From: Chitinophagaceae bacterium
GTDB lineage: Bacteria > Bacteroidota > Bacteroidia > Chitinophagales > Chitinophagaceae
Direction: 5' to 3'
NCBI GenBank assembly: GCA_017882215.1
Contig: JADGPX010000001.1
Coordinates: forward strand, 1-48,080
DNA: 48,080 nt
Every line of letters starts with the position of its first letter. Positions within the stretch are counted from its first letter, which is position 1. Position numbers and translations under genes: made by a program. The notes under the pieces were generated by a model, which worked only from the letters and a program-made list of their open reading frames with translations, was not told the DNA's origin and did no database searches. Positions 47,938 to 48,080 of this stretch are shown piece after piece.

Positions 47938-48080
47938 TTACAATTTGGTAAGGTTCACTAATTGCAGGTTTGCTGCCTTTGTCTCCTGCAGGTTTTTATT
48001 GTCATCTAAAATTTCAGGAACATAATCCATGTGGGCATTGGCAAACGGTCGCCGTCACCATTCATTCCTTTGTCCTTCCG
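47938..48080 (-). pseudogene. hsdM: Frameshifted, truncated N-terminus of a type I restriction-modification M subunit (partial at window edge)
   Basis: RKDKGMNGDGDRLPMPTWIMFLKF then TAG; adding one T restores FLDDN, and that frame also stops at 47938. Confidence 0.65.

Noticed and set aside
47938-48080. Apparent in-frame TGA (EW-U-RRP, 48055-48057) suggesting a selenoprotein
   Set aside because: The neighbouring frame gives a recognisable HsdM N-terminus, so a frameshifted pseudogene explains it better.
1-48080. CRISPR array, rRNA, intact transposase/integrase, intein in dnaB
   Set aside because: None seen. The repeats are dispersed or short-period tandem, not repeat-spacer arrays, and DnaB is of normal length.

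Overview
AT-rich Bacteroidota window, most likely Chitinophagaceae (porX, fused lpxC-fabZ, TAnnTTTG promoters). It is mostly core housekeeping genes: lpxD-lpxC/fabZ-lpxA, porX, comEA, relA/spoT, tRNA-Leu-tig-clpP-clpP-clpX, purA, pabB, tatA-gatA, pheT-zapA-rny-rplS, dnaB, rsmE, pyrD and a thiolase. From about 40 kb it becomes an accessory patchwork: an ECF sigma locus, a cupredoxin, a metal-uptake operon led by an RGPP-ending leader ORF, and several gene remnants. The most striking signal is a family of tiny GC-rich palindromic elements (21, 24 and 27 nt, arms CCYGYCYG...CRGRCRGG). They sit precisely in frame, without target duplication, inside pheT, pabB and gatA (nested in gatA), and once intergenically. 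At least three other short-repeat families (CCCC-TTTA/GAA-GGGG hairpins, 7-8 nt tandem arrays, an 18-nt TAGCTA palindrome) also invade relA, pyrD, rsmE and gene ends. No transposase for any of them is present in the window. Homolog comparisons are from memory of the families, not from database searches.
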